64,000 nt of DNA from an uncultured Candidatus Saccharibacteria bacterium (GCA_964453405.1 CAYVOF010000001.1:1531-65530), one strand, 5' to 3'; shown: positions 49,111 through 58,724, counted from the stretch's first letter. The notes: generated by a model from the sequence alone, not told the origin. Translations and numbers: made by a program.

Positions 49111-50967
49111 ATGACTAAAAAATCTTTACTTTTTATACTTGCAACTGTTGTAGTTTCTTCATTAGGAATTACGCCGAATTTAGCTCAAGCCCAAGAAGCT
49201 GTTTTACCAGGTTTTACACCGAATCGTTTGATAGAAGATTCTGTATTTTCCGACAAGACCACTTTTGGTGGTAGCGAAGGCATTCAGAAGTTTTTAGAAA
49301 GCAAAAATAGTATTTTAGCTAATAAGTCCTCTGACTTCGTGGCTAAATTGCGTGAACCAAATAATGCTGCACTCAAAACTACCCTAGAAGACTCTCGTCC
49401 TAGTTTGGACCATCTACGTACTGCAGCAGAATTAATTTGGGATGCCAGTCAGACCAGCGGCATAAATCCTCAGGTTGTAATTGTAACTTTGCAAAAAGAA
49501 CAAGGACTTATTACAGCTCGACAAAATGCTACACCAGAACAAGTTCAAACCGCGCTAGATTACGCTATGGGTTTTGGTTGTCCAGACTCCGGTGGTTGCG
49601 GCGCACTGTATAAAGGATTTTATTATCAGTTGTTTGGAAATGTTGATGCCGAAAATAACCGTTATCTTGGTGCGACTAAGTCTTTAATGAAATCATTTAC
49701 TACCCCAGGCGGTCGCGGCCCGTTTTATAACGGTGCAGTTTCTAAAGTAGGCGACACAATTATATTAGGCAATACTTTGGGTGGTTACAGTCCTATCGAA
49801 GCTCAGCAGAGCGTTATCATCGAAAATTCAGCCACTGCAGCACTTTATAGATTTACTCCACACGTCTTTAATGGTAACTACAATTTTTGGCGATATATGA
49901 ACCAGTGGTTCCGTTATCCAACAGGAACTATCATTAGCAGTCCTAACGGACAAAAGTACATGATCCAAAATGGTAGTCGTTTGCAAGTTAATGACTTTAT
50001 CGCTCGTACTCGTAATTTAAATTTGGCTAGCCCAATCATGTTGTCGTTTAATGAATTAGAGAGCTATCCAGACGGCGGCTTGCTCGGTTTGGCTGATAAT
50101 ACCGTGGCGATTGCAGAAGGTAAAGTCTACGTGTTCTTGAATAACAAAAAACACGCCGCTAGTCCGTTTGTAATTACTCAACGTGGTTTGTCTATGAATA
50201 CCGCTGTTAATGCAAGTGTGGCAGATTTAGCGACATACGTAGACGGTCCACAATTAACTCCTTCCGAAGGGTCTGTGTTACGAGGTATCAATGGCCCTGC
50301 GGTGTATATAGTTCAAAACAATCAATTGCGATTAATCTCGGCTTTAGTTTTTGCACAGCGTAATTTAGCTAACAAAATTCAACTTCTTCCTGATGCCGAA
50401 TTAGCGCTCTATCCTAAAGGTGGTTTTCTTCCACCATTTGATGGTACCTTAGTTAAATCTCCGAGTGTGCAAACTGTGTTCTTGGTTCGCGATCAAATTA
50501 AACGTCCAATGACTGGCTTAGTATTTAAAACTTACGGATTTAAGTTCGCGGATGTAAAAACAATAAGTGATGATGAACTGCTTGGAATGCCAACTGGTAC
50601 AATTGCCGAACCAAAAGATCCAACTTATTATCAAATCGCTGGAAGCGGCGAACTATATATTTATAAAAATGCTAGTCGCCACTTTGTGTCTAAATTTGTG
50701 GCCAAGCAAAAAGCTATTACTGCAGACGTGACCTTTAACACTGACGAAGTTGCAAATTGGCCCGAAGGGGATGCCATTTTGCCAAAAGAAGGAACGCTTG
50801 TTAAAGCAGATAATAGCGCCACTGTTTATATTGTAGAAAATGGTCAGCTACTAGCTCTAAGTGGTGCCGATTTTACGACCCGTAAGTTAAGCTTTAAAAA
50901 TGTAAATGTTTTGTCAGGTGCAGAAGTAGCCAAGTACCCAATTAAGGGAGCAAATGAGCGATCTTAA
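49111..50967 (+). CDS. Secreted protein with lysozyme-like N-domain and C-terminal repeats
   Basis: GINPQVVIVTLQKEQGL, GFGCPD, TAALYRFTPH; about 6 GxLVK..VY repeats. Confidence 0.7.
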   Translation: MTKKSLLFILATVVVSSLGITPNLAQAQEAVLPGFTPNRLIEDSVFSDKTTFGGSEGIQKFLESKNSILANKSSDFVAKLREPNNAALKTTLEDSRPSLDHLRTAAELIWDASQTSGINPQVVIVTLQKEQGLITARQNATPEQVQTALDYAMGFGCPDSGGCGALYKGFYYQLFGNVDAENNRYLGATKSLMKSFTTPGGRGPFYNGAVSKVGDTIILGNTLGGYSPIEAQQSVIIENSATAALYRFTPHVFNGNYNFWRYMNQWFRYPTGTIISSPNGQKYMIQNGSRLQVNDFIARTRNLNLASPIMLSFNELESYPDGGLLGLADNTVAIAEGKVYVFLNNKKHAASPFVITQRGLSMNTAVNASVADLATYVDGPQLTPSEGSVLRGINGPAVYIVQNNQLRLISALVFAQRNLANKIQLLPDAELALYPKGGFLPPFDGTLVKSPSVQTVFLVRDQIKRPMTGLVFKTYGFKFADVKTISDDELLGMPTGTIAEPKDPTYYQIAGSGELYIYKNASRHFVSKFVAKQKAITADVTFNTDEVANWPEGDAILPKEGTLVKADNSATVYIVENGQLLALSGADFTTRKLSFKNVNVLSGAEVAKYPIKGANERS

Positions 50968-50993
50968 TTAAATCCTCCATATTTTAGCAAATA

Positions 50994-51025
50994 AAAATCC
51001 CGAGAAGTTTGCCTTCTCGGGTTTT
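50994..51025. terminator. Bidirectional terminator
   Basis: cccgagaag...cttctcggg with flanking A/T tracts. Confidence 0.75.
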
Positions 51026-51054
51026 GCCTTTTGGCAATTTGCCTGTAGTCGATG

Positions 51055-51342
51055 TTAATGACCTAAAATATTATTCATAATTTTGGCCGTATCCGCATTG
51101 ATCAAGAGCATACATGCTTTGCAGTCTTTGATGGCTCTCGCTTGATCGCTAGTCATTTTAGACGGCATTATCGTGTTCAGGTTATGAATTACTGAGTACG
51201 GAACACACGTCTTTTTGTGATTAATTGTGCGACATTTTTCGCACCGATTGACATGGTCAATTACCTTTTCTTCAACAGCGGGATTACGAAGACTTCCTAC
51301 TGCATTCACGATTGTAGTTGTCGGGCATCCAATTTCACTCAT
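51055..51342 (-). CDS. Small tandem zf-HC2/ZAS-like zinc-finger protein (accessory unit)
   Basis: HVNRCEKC and AIKDCKAC; TTGACA-17-TAAAAT at 51412-51384; start codon uncertain. Confidence 0.6.
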   Translation of the reverse strand: MSEIGCPTTTIVNAVGSLRNPAVEEKVIDHVNRCEKCRTINHKKTCVPYSVIHNLNTIMPSKMTSDQARAIKDCKACMLLINADTAKIMNNILGH

Positions 51343-51449
51343 TGTGTTTATTGTATATTCTCCTTTTAAATTTCTAACATCAAATTTTATCATATTATAG
51401 CACTTTTGTCAATCGTTCGCGATAGTCTCGGTCTGCTACAATATATGTA

Positions 51450-52895
51450 ATGTCATCACCATCTAAAAATATTCTGTGGCTATCGGTTTCCAGGGTTGTC
51501 TCTGTGGGCCTTTTATTTTTAGCTTATACACAGTTACTTCGTTATTTGGGCCCAGAGCATATGGGACGTTTTCAGTTCGTATTGTCATTTGTCACGCTAT
51601 TTGGTGTGGTAATAGATTTTGGAATCCAACAGTACGTTATCAAAAAAATTAGCGAAGATCGCACAAAGGCCAAAATGTACTTCCATAACTTTTTAGCTGT
51701 TGAAGTTGTTATGGCATGTATTGTTTATGCAGCAATGGTTGGCACAGCTCTTTTTAATGGATACGAACCATTAGTAGTCCACGCGATTATGTTGGCCGGG
51801 GTAGGGGTGGTTGTGACTGGTTTGACATATCCTTTTCTGGCAGTTATCAGTGCATTTTATGACCTTAAAAAAGCAGCTTTTATAAACTTTATTGCTTCGG
51901 CGGTTAATGTGATTGTGATTTTTGTGACAATTTGGTTTGGGGGAAACATTGTGATGTTGACTAGTCAGCAAATTATTTATGCTGTAATTGCCATAACTTT
52001 GTACTATCATTTTGTACAAAAATATATTGGCCCACCTGAGATACTAAAAGGTTTAAGAAAACTGGACTTTAAATTAATTAAAAAAATCTTCGTTGCTGCA
52101 CTGCCGTTTGCTATGTTGGTTGGATTTAGTACTGTGTACAATCGCATTGATATTGTTTTGATTAACAAGTTTTTAGGGTATACCCAAACTGGATTGTACG
52201 CTGCAGCTTATAAGTTTTTTGATCTGCTAGCCTTTTTTCCGGCAGTGGTGTCGCACTCACTGTATCCTTTGTTTGCTAGTTTAATGGCTGAAGGTAAATT
52301 AGAAGAAGTCCGTACAATATTGGAGCGCTACCTTCGCTTTATGGCCGCTGTCGCGCTACCTATGGCAACAGGGGTAATGTTACTAGCAGGACCAATAATT
52401 AAACTTTTAGCAGGTGATGAATATGCTGCAGCTGCTAATATTTTGGCAGTAGTAGTTTGGGCTCCAGCAATTTTATTTTTATATATCGTAGTAAACTCTT
52501 TAGTAATTTCGCAACTAACTAAGTTTGCTGTTGCGATTACGGGAGCGAACGTAGTCATTAATATTATTGGGAACTTAATTTTACTGCCGCGTATTGGTAT
52601 TATGGGTGCTGCAATTATGACATTGGTATCCGAAAGCATCCAAGGATTGTTTTATTTTTATTTCGTTCGGAAAAAAATTACTAAATTCAAATTTTTGGTT
52701 AACTTATGGCAACCCTTTATTGCAAGTAGTGTAATGGGTGTAGTGGTGTATATGTTGCGTGATCAATTTTTATTGATTCCAGTTATCGCGGGTGCGGTAA
52801 CGTATGCAGTGGCTTTATTGGTACTAGGCTTTTTTAGTAAGGATGATTTAAAATTCTTTATGAATCTAATGCGTAAGAGTTATGACGAGTCTTAG
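51450..52895 (+). CDS. Wzx-type polysaccharide flippase
   Basis: RYLGPE, DFGI, RIDIVLI, GLYAAAYK; many TMs. Confidence 0.9.
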   Translation: MSSPSKNILWLSVSRVVSVGLLFLAYTQLLRYLGPEHMGRFQFVLSFVTLFGVVIDFGIQQYVIKKISEDRTKAKMYFHNFLAVEVVMACIVYAAMVGTALFNGYEPLVVHAIMLAGVGVVVTGLTYPFLAVISAFYDLKKAAFINFIASAVNVIVIFVTIWFGGNIVMLTSQQIIYAVIAITLYYHFVQKYIGPPEILKGLRKLDFKLIKKIFVAALPFAMLVGFSTVYNRIDIVLINKFLGYTQTGLYAAAYKFFDLLAFFPAVVSHSLYPLFASLMAEGKLEEVRTILERYLRFMAAVALPMATGVMLLAGPIIKLLAGDEYAAAANILAVVVWAPAILFLYIVVNSLVISQLTKFAVAITGANVVINIIGNLILLPRIGIMGAAIMTLVSESIQGLFYFYFVRKKITKFKFLVNLWQPFIASSVMGVVVYMLRDQFLLIPVIAGAVTYAVALLVLGFFSKDDLKFFMNLMRKSYDES

Positions 52896-53358
52896 TAAGC
52901 TTGGTTATATTGGCGTTAAAAAAAAATTGACGCCGGTTGCGGTTGTACCAGAACGCATTATGATTTTTGGTACGTTTGATATTATCCATAAAGGTCACAG
53001 AAATTTTTTTAAGCAGGCTAGGGAATTGGCCAAAAATCCTTTTTTGATTGTATCCATAGCCCGCGCCACAAACGTAAAACGAATCAAAGGCCGTGCTCCG
53101 CGCCACACCGACCAACAACGGCTCGCTGCAATTGCGGCTTTACCAGAAGTCGATAAGGTTGTCCTCGGGGGTGCGCGCCAATATATCCCACATATTGTGC
53201 GCGAAAGGCCAGATATCATTGCTTTAGGCTATGACCAGATAGAGTACGTGAAGGGATTGCGCACCGCTTTAATAGTAAAAGGACTCAAACCCAAAATTGT
53301 GCGTTTAAAACCCTATAAAGAGCACATATATAAGACTTCTATTATCGATAGAACTTGA
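52882..53358 (+). CDS. Cytidylyltransferase-family protein (RibL/FAD synthase-like)
   Basis: FGTFDIIHKGH, PDIIALGYDQ, KTS; start may be internal. Confidence 0.85.
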   Translation: MTSLSKLGYIGVKKKLTPVAVVPERIMIFGTFDIIHKGHRNFFKQARELAKNPFLIVSIARATNVKRIKGRAPRHTDQQRLAAIAALPEVDKVVLGGARQYIPHIVRERPDIIALGYDQIEYVKGLRTALIVKGLKPKIVRLKPYKEHIYKTSIIDRT

Positions 53359-53408
53359 CAAAACCTCCAATAAATGATACAATTGGAGGTTAATTTTATG
53401 GAGGTAAA

Positions 53409-54233
53409 ATGAAAAAAATAATTGATGAATTTGATTTTGAATCTATCCGTGGAATTTGGCGGGTAGGTAATTCTTTATACGTAGTGGATCAGCCAGCTCT
53501 TCTAGAGCTACTAAAGCAAAAGCTCGATGTATTGGGTTATAGGTTAACAGATCTCGTTCAAGAAGCAAATAAAAATTGCGTTAACGATAGAAATTTTGGT
53601 CATGTCGGCCAGACAAATACTGCATTAACCAATCGTGGTTCATTTCAAAAACAACGCCAGGCGTTGTGGCGAGCGACGCTCAAGACCAAATCTTTTTTCC
53701 GTTGCAACTCATGTAACGAAAAAATGACTTTCAAGCCGGTTAAGAGCGGGCAGAAATGTAAGAATTGCGAAAAAGTCCTATGGAATCGAGTTACCAAGGG
53801 TTCAAAGATTCGCGGTCGGTTTAAACCCCACAAACCTAAACAGACTACAAAAGTCGACTTCACTGCTTATGTTCATTCCTACAACCCCGAAACCTTAGAG
53901 CTCTTGCTTGAGGACAGAATTTACGGCGGAAAGTTTACGAACAACGAACAAGCTAAAAAGTATTTTCATGAACATTCCCATAAGTGGAAAAGGGTCACAA
54001 TTGGCAAAAAGACCTATATCAAGGTCATCATGCCGATTACGAAGGTACAACTTTTTGTTCCTCATATCCACGCTTTTCAAATCACGGGTGAATATATCAA
54101 TTACCACGAAGTAAAGGTCTGGAATGGCCAAGAGTACCGACTTTTACCCATCACCGAAAAATTCAGAATTTATGAAGCTTGGGAATGGTCACTTGATGAA
54201 ATCAATAAGATCTTATCCAAGCGGAAGAAATAA
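53409..54233 (+). CDS. Hypothetical basic protein with zinc ribbon (accessory unit)
   Basis: CNSC...CKNC; TTGACA-17-TACAAT at 53355-53383; GGAGGT SD. Confidence 0.7.
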   Translation: MKKIIDEFDFESIRGIWRVGNSLYVVDQPALLELLKQKLDVLGYRLTDLVQEANKNCVNDRNFGHVGQTNTALTNRGSFQKQRQALWRATLKTKSFFRCNSCNEKMTFKPVKSGQKCKNCEKVLWNRVTKGSKIRGRFKPHKPKQTTKVDFTAYVHSYNPETLELLLEDRIYGGKFTNNEQAKKYFHEHSHKWKRVTIGKKTYIKVIMPITKVQLFVPHIHAFQITGEYINYHEVKVWNGQEYRLLPITEKFRIYEAWEWSLDEINKILSKRKK

Positions 54234-54288
54234 TAGGCTGATCAAAATCAAACAAGCGCGCAACTACAGAGTTGCCGCTTTTTTATTT

Positions 54289-54316
54289 TGTTACCTATTC
54301 TCAAATTAAGCGTAAT
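54289..54316 (+). promoter_or_regulatory. Putative autoregulatory ECF promoter
   Basis: TGTTAC-16bp-CGTAAT upstream of the ECF sigma gene. Confidence 0.5.
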
Positions 54317-54359
54317 AGTACTTGAAAATAGCAAAAATACCTCAAATAATATAGAATAA

Positions 54360-55022
54360 ATGCAGAAAGAAGCAACTCTAACAATGGACTTTGCATATCA
54401 AACTCCGGATACAGCCACAGACGAGGTCGTATCCACAGAGGCTACTAGCAGAGCAGAAATAGATAAAGCATTAGTAGTCAAAATTCAAGCGGGCGAAACC
54501 GAAAATTTCGTGTTGCTTTATGACGCTTATTTGGATAAGATTTACCGCTTTTTGTATTTCCGCACTTCGCATCAAGAAACTGCCGAAGACCTAGCTAGTC
54601 AAGCATTCCTCAAAGCTTTTGATAAGATCCAGAGCTTTGATGCGAGCAAGGGCACGTTTCAGAGTTGGCTGTATCGAATCGCTCATAACTTATTAATTGA
54701 TCACTATCGAGTGCCAAAGCGTGATGTGGATATATCTGCTGCCGAGAATATTGCATCAAATAGTTCTCCAGAGCAAGACACAGAGCGAGAACTAACCATT
54801 GCACAAATTCAAAAATTATTAACAACATTACCAGAGGCGTCTCAAGAATTAATTGTTTTGCGAATATGGGAAGAACTTCCATATTCAGAAATTGCCAAGA
54901 TTATGGACAAAAGTGAAGCTAGCCTAAAGATGCAGTTTTCGCGCATTATCGCAGGATTGCGTAATCATCCAATGCTTATGCTTTCAATCATAATCGTAGC
55001 AACATGGGGGACAAACTTATGA
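54360..55022 (+). CDS. ECF-family RNA polymerase sigma factor
   Basis: AEDLASQAFLKAF, FQSWLYRIAHNLLID, YSEIAKIM. Confidence 0.93.
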   Translation: MQKEATLTMDFAYQTPDTATDEVVSTEATSRAEIDKALVVKIQAGETENFVLLYDAYLDKIYRFLYFRTSHQETAEDLASQAFLKAFDKIQSFDASKGTFQSWLYRIAHNLLIDHYRVPKRDVDISAAENIASNSSPEQDTERELTIAQIQKLLTTLPEASQELIVLRIWEELPYSEIAKIMDKSEASLKMQFSRIIAGLRNHPMLMLSIIIVATWGTNL

Positions 55023-56641
55023 ATTTAAATAATCAACAATTTAATGCCAAAAAACTTGATAGCGAGTTAGATGAAATCGATCAAGAAACTTTAGCAAAGT
55101 TATCTAAGCTAAAGTCTACAGCCAATCAGGTTCAGCCTGATAAGCAGTTTGCTAATCTATTTCGTGAAGAGTTATCTCAGCATGTGCAGGAGCGCGTTGT
55201 TATTTCATCAAATCAAACTTATAACAAATCATTAACATTCTTTGGCTTTATGAATAAAATTATTATTCCTCTGGTTGCTGTTGCAATTGTTGCATCTGGA
55301 ACCGGTTACTGGTACGCCAGTAAAAATGATCCAGCATTATTAGGAGTTGGTGATAACCAACTGCTTTCTGGAAAATATGCAGTTACCGAAGTAGATGAAA
55401 ATTCGTTTGGTGATCTTAACAAAATTAATATCATTGCCGCAGATCAAGTGGGTGGTAATGGTGTAGGTGCAAACTCTTCGATGGCTCAGGCTGAACGTGG
55501 TGCTGCACCAAATGTCCCAAGCACTTCCACTGCTAGCCCTGCCGTTGGTACTGACAAAATGATCGCCCCATCTGAACCTTATCCTTGCGGTCCAGATTGT
55601 CCTATTTCGTACAAATTTAAATATGCAGGCAAAGATTTAAGCGGTTTGTCAGACGAAGAATCTGTGCTCAAGCGTTCTAAGCCAGAACAACCAGCAACTT
55701 TAGTTTCTCGCTTGCTTCGCATGTTCAGCTTTGGACTAATCGACTTATCTAAGTTCCAGAATGCTCGCATGCAATCAGTTTCGTTTTTGGAAGATCGTGA
55801 ATATGGTTTGGTGGCAAATATTGATCTCAACATAGGTACTATCAATATGTATCAGAATTGGGAAAAGTGGCCTCAGTATCCATATGGATGTTTTGGCTAC
55901 ACTTGTGGTAATACACCAGTACTAACTCCAAAAGATATCCCATCTGATACCGAACTAATTGATATTGCTAAGCAGTTTATGAATGATTATCAGATTTCTG
56001 CCGAAGGCTATGGTGATCCGTTTGTGAACGACTCTTCTAACTGGCGTGTTCTTTATGACCAAACCAATGATAAGAGCAATGTTTATTTACCAGAACAAAT
56101 TAATGTTGTATATCCGTTAGTCCTAGAAGGTCAAACAGTTTACGATGAAAGTGGAAATAAATCCGGATTAAATATCACAATTGACGTTCGTAGCCGCAAA
56201 GTAGCAGGATTGTATGACCTAAATACTAAGCAATATCAAAAGTCTGCCTACAAAGGCGAAACCAATGTTAAGCGTATCCTTGAAGTCGCTGAACGCGGTG
56301 GTTACCGTAGCTACAACTATGAATATCCAGGAAAAGTTGTAACTTTAGAGCTTGGTACTCCAACTATTCAAATGGTACGTATGTGGTACACGCAAGACAT
56401 GAACAAGCAGGGTGAAGAATTATATTTACCTGCTTATGTCTTCCCGATTAATAATGCCGAACAAACTAACTACTGGCGCAAGAACGTAATCGTGCCGTTG
56501 GTTCGAGATATTTTAGATAATGAAAATCAAGGATATCCAACCCCAATGCCTATGTCAGATGCTGGTAATAGTGGTAGTGCCGGAGGTGCCCCGGCTGTGC
56601 TTCCAGAAACTACTGACGTACCTAGTACTGACAGTAATTAA
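55019..56641 (+). CDS. Putative anti-sigma factor (single TM, large extracytoplasmic domain)
   Basis: ATGA-coupled to sigma; PDKQFANLFREEL, TM helix. Confidence 0.6.
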   Translation: MNLNNQQFNAKKLDSELDEIDQETLAKLSKLKSTANQVQPDKQFANLFREELSQHVQERVVISSNQTYNKSLTFFGFMNKIIIPLVAVAIVASGTGYWYASKNDPALLGVGDNQLLSGKYAVTEVDENSFGDLNKINIIAADQVGGNGVGANSSMAQAERGAAPNVPSTSTASPAVGTDKMIAPSEPYPCGPDCPISYKFKYAGKDLSGLSDEESVLKRSKPEQPATLVSRLLRMFSFGLIDLSKFQNARMQSVSFLEDREYGLVANIDLNIGTINMYQNWEKWPQYPYGCFGYTCGNTPVLTPKDIPSDTELIDIAKQFMNDYQISAEGYGDPFVNDSSNWRVLYDQTNDKSNVYLPEQINVVYPLVLEGQTVYDESGNKSGLNITIDVRSRKVAGLYDLNTKQYQKSAYKGETNVKRILEVAERGGYRSYNYEYPGKVVTLELGTPTIQMVRMWYTQDMNKQGEELYLPAYVFPINNAEQTNYWRKNVIVPLVRDILDNENQGYPTPMPMSDAGNSGSAGGAPAVLPETTDVPSTDSN

Positions 56642-56651
56642 CACTTAAATT

Positions 56652-56680
56652 AAAAAGACCTTTCTAGAGAAGGTCTTTTT
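56652..56680 (+). terminator. Intrinsic terminator
   Basis: aaaaagacctt...aaggtcttttt. Confidence 0.75.
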
Positions 56681-56700
56681 ATATGTTAAAATAAATTTAT

Positions 56701-57243
56701 ATGACAGATAATTTTCAAACTGCAGTATTTGGCGGAGGATGTTTTTGGTGCACCGAAGCAATTTTCCAAAAATTGCGCGGCGTCAAATCGGTTCTGCCGG
56801 GGTATGCTGGTGGGGAGACTGAGAACCCAACTTATGAACAAGTCGCTGGGCGCAGCACAGGCCATGCCGAGGTTATTCAATTTGAATATGATCCAAGTTT
56901 AATTTCCTATCGAGATTTATTGGAAGTCTTTTTTGCCACACATGATCCAACGACTTTAAATCAGCAAGGTTACGATAAAGGCCCAGAATATCGTTCTACT
57001 ATTTTATATAATAGTGATGAGCAAAAGTTAGAGGCGGAGAAGATTATTGCCGAGCTTAATGAAGCGCATGCTAACGATAAGCCAATCGTCACAGAGATAA
57101 AGCAATTGAATAAGTTCTATCCAGCCGAGCCGGAGCATATTAATTTTTATCAGAACAATCCTAATTCACCGTATTGTCAGATAATAATTAATCCAAAGAT
57201 AAAAAAGTTCAAAGAAAAATTTGCGTCTTTAATTGAAGAATAA
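56701..57243 (+). CDS. msrA: Peptide methionine sulfoxide reductase A
   Basis: GGCFWC, HDPT, FYPAE. Confidence 0.97.
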   Translation: MTDNFQTAVFGGGCFWCTEAIFQKLRGVKSVLPGYAGGETENPTYEQVAGRSTGHAEVIQFEYDPSLISYRDLLEVFFATHDPTTLNQQGYDKGPEYRSTILYNSDEQKLEAEKIIAELNEAHANDKPIVTEIKQLNKFYPAEPEHINFYQNNPNSPYCQIIINPKIKKFKEKFASLIEE

Positions 57244-57246
57244 TAT

Positions 57247-57669
57247 ATGGACAAAATTATAAAAACCGAAGAAGATTGGAAAAAAGATCTTACCCCTGAG
57301 CAGTATAAAATTTTACGGGAAAGCGGAACCGAAGCTCCATTTACTGGTCAGTATTTGGATAACCATGAAGATGGAGTATACAAGTGTGCGGCTTGTGGGC
57401 AACAATTGTTTGGCTCGGATGCAAAGTTTGATTCTGGAACCGGTTGGCCAAGTTTTACAGACCCTATGAATTTGGAGCATGTGGAGCTACGAGATGATTA
57501 CAGTTACATGAATATCCATCAGACCGAAGTGGTGTGTAAGCGTTGTGGTTCGCATTTAGGTCATGTTTATGATGATGGGCCGCGTGATAAAGGCGGTAAG
57601 CGTTATTGTATTAATTCTTGCGCCTTAAATTTTGAACAATTTAACAACAAGGGCGCTAAAGATGAGTAG
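57247..57669 (+). CDS. msrB: Peptide methionine sulfoxide reductase B
   Basis: GWPSF, HLGHV, RYCINS. Confidence 0.97.
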   Translation: MDKIIKTEEDWKKDLTPEQYKILRESGTEAPFTGQYLDNHEDGVYKCAACGQQLFGSDAKFDSGTGWPSFTDPMNLEHVELRDDYSYMNIHQTEVVCKRCGSHLGHVYDDGPRDKGGKRYCINSCALNFEQFNNKGAKDE

Positions 57670-58387
57670 TTTAGTGGAAATCAAAAAAATTATTAAAGCT
57701 AGTGGAACCAAGCAACGAGCAGAGGCTTCGATGTGGTATTTTAAAACTGGCAAAGGTCAATATGGATATGGCGATAAATTTATTGGTATTACTGTTCCCG
57801 AACAAAGAAAAATTGCCAAACAGTTTTTTAAAAGTATAACTTTGACTGAGGTCAGTAAACTTTTAAGTTCAAAAATTCACGAAGACAGATTTATAGCTTT
57901 AGAGATTTTAGTGATGAAGTACGAAGTTGGTACTTTGGCACAGCAAAAACAAATTGTTAACTTATATTTACGACAAACAAAGTACGTGAATAATTGGGAT
58001 TTGGTAGATACTTCTGCTTCGTATATTTTAGGCAGCTTTCTTTTTAATCATACTTCTACTACCAAGGCACGGTCTACACTTGTCCAATTAGCAAAGTCTA
58101 AGAATCTATGGGAAAAACGAATTAGTATAATTGCTACTATGTACTTTATTAATCAAAAACAGTATGACCTTACTATTGTTGTTGCGAAAATTTTATTGAC
58201 CGACTCGCATGACTTAATCCATAAGGCTGTGGGTTGGATGTTGCGAGAAGTTGGTAATAAGGATAGAACAGTTGAAATAAAATTTTTAGACCGATTTGCT
58301 GTAAAAATGCCTCGAACCATGTTACGATACGCTATCGAAAAATTTCCAGAAAAAACACGTCAATACTATCTAAAATTGGGAAAATAA
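57662..58387 (+). CDS. DNA alkylation repair protein (AlkD-like)
   Basis: NNWDLVD, KAVGWMLRE, RTMLRYAIEK. Confidence 0.88.
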   Translation: MSSLVEIKKIIKASGTKQRAEASMWYFKTGKGQYGYGDKFIGITVPEQRKIAKQFFKSITLTEVSKLLSSKIHEDRFIALEILVMKYEVGTLAQQKQIVNLYLRQTKYVNNWDLVDTSASYILGSFLFNHTSTTKARSTLVQLAKSKNLWEKRISIIATMYFINQKQYDLTIVVAKILLTDSHDLIHKAVGWMLREVGNKDRTVEIKFLDRFAVKMPRTMLRYAIEKFPEKTRQYYLKLGK

Positions 58388-58400
58388 AAGAGCCTCGGAT

Positions 58401-58724
58401 TTATTCGAGGCTGCAAGGTTTGTCTGGTGCTAAGACACTAATTTCTTCGAGATGTTCAGCAAATTTTCTACATTGACATAAAAATTCTCGTTTACAGATT
58501 AAAAACTTCCCCTTGCTATATATAGTTCGTTCATTCTCTGGCAGCAGATTTTCTGAAGCAATGACCAAGTCATCCCAGCAACAATGATTATCTTTGGCGT
58601 GAAATGTTTGCATTGCTGTGCGTGCATCTGCTCTGTGTTCCATTAATTTTTGACGCAGACTTTTTGAGTCTAATTCCAATATATCTTTATCTATGGGTAG
58701 TTTTTGTCTTTTTTGATCGTTCAT
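58401..58724 (-). CDS. Hypothetical protein (accessory unit)
   Basis: TTGATT-17-TACGAT at 58772-58744; AAGGAGG SD. Confidence 0.65.
   Translation of the reverse strand: MNDQKRQKLPIDKDILELDSKSLRQKLMEHRADARTAMQTFHAKDNHCCWDDLVIASENLLPENERTIYSKGKFLICKREFLCQCRKFAEHLEEISVLAPDKPCSLE

Noticed and set aside
51394-51408. 15-mer attatagcacttttg shared with 60072-60086
   Set aside because: Largely explained by the extended -10 TGCTATAAT in AT-rich DNA
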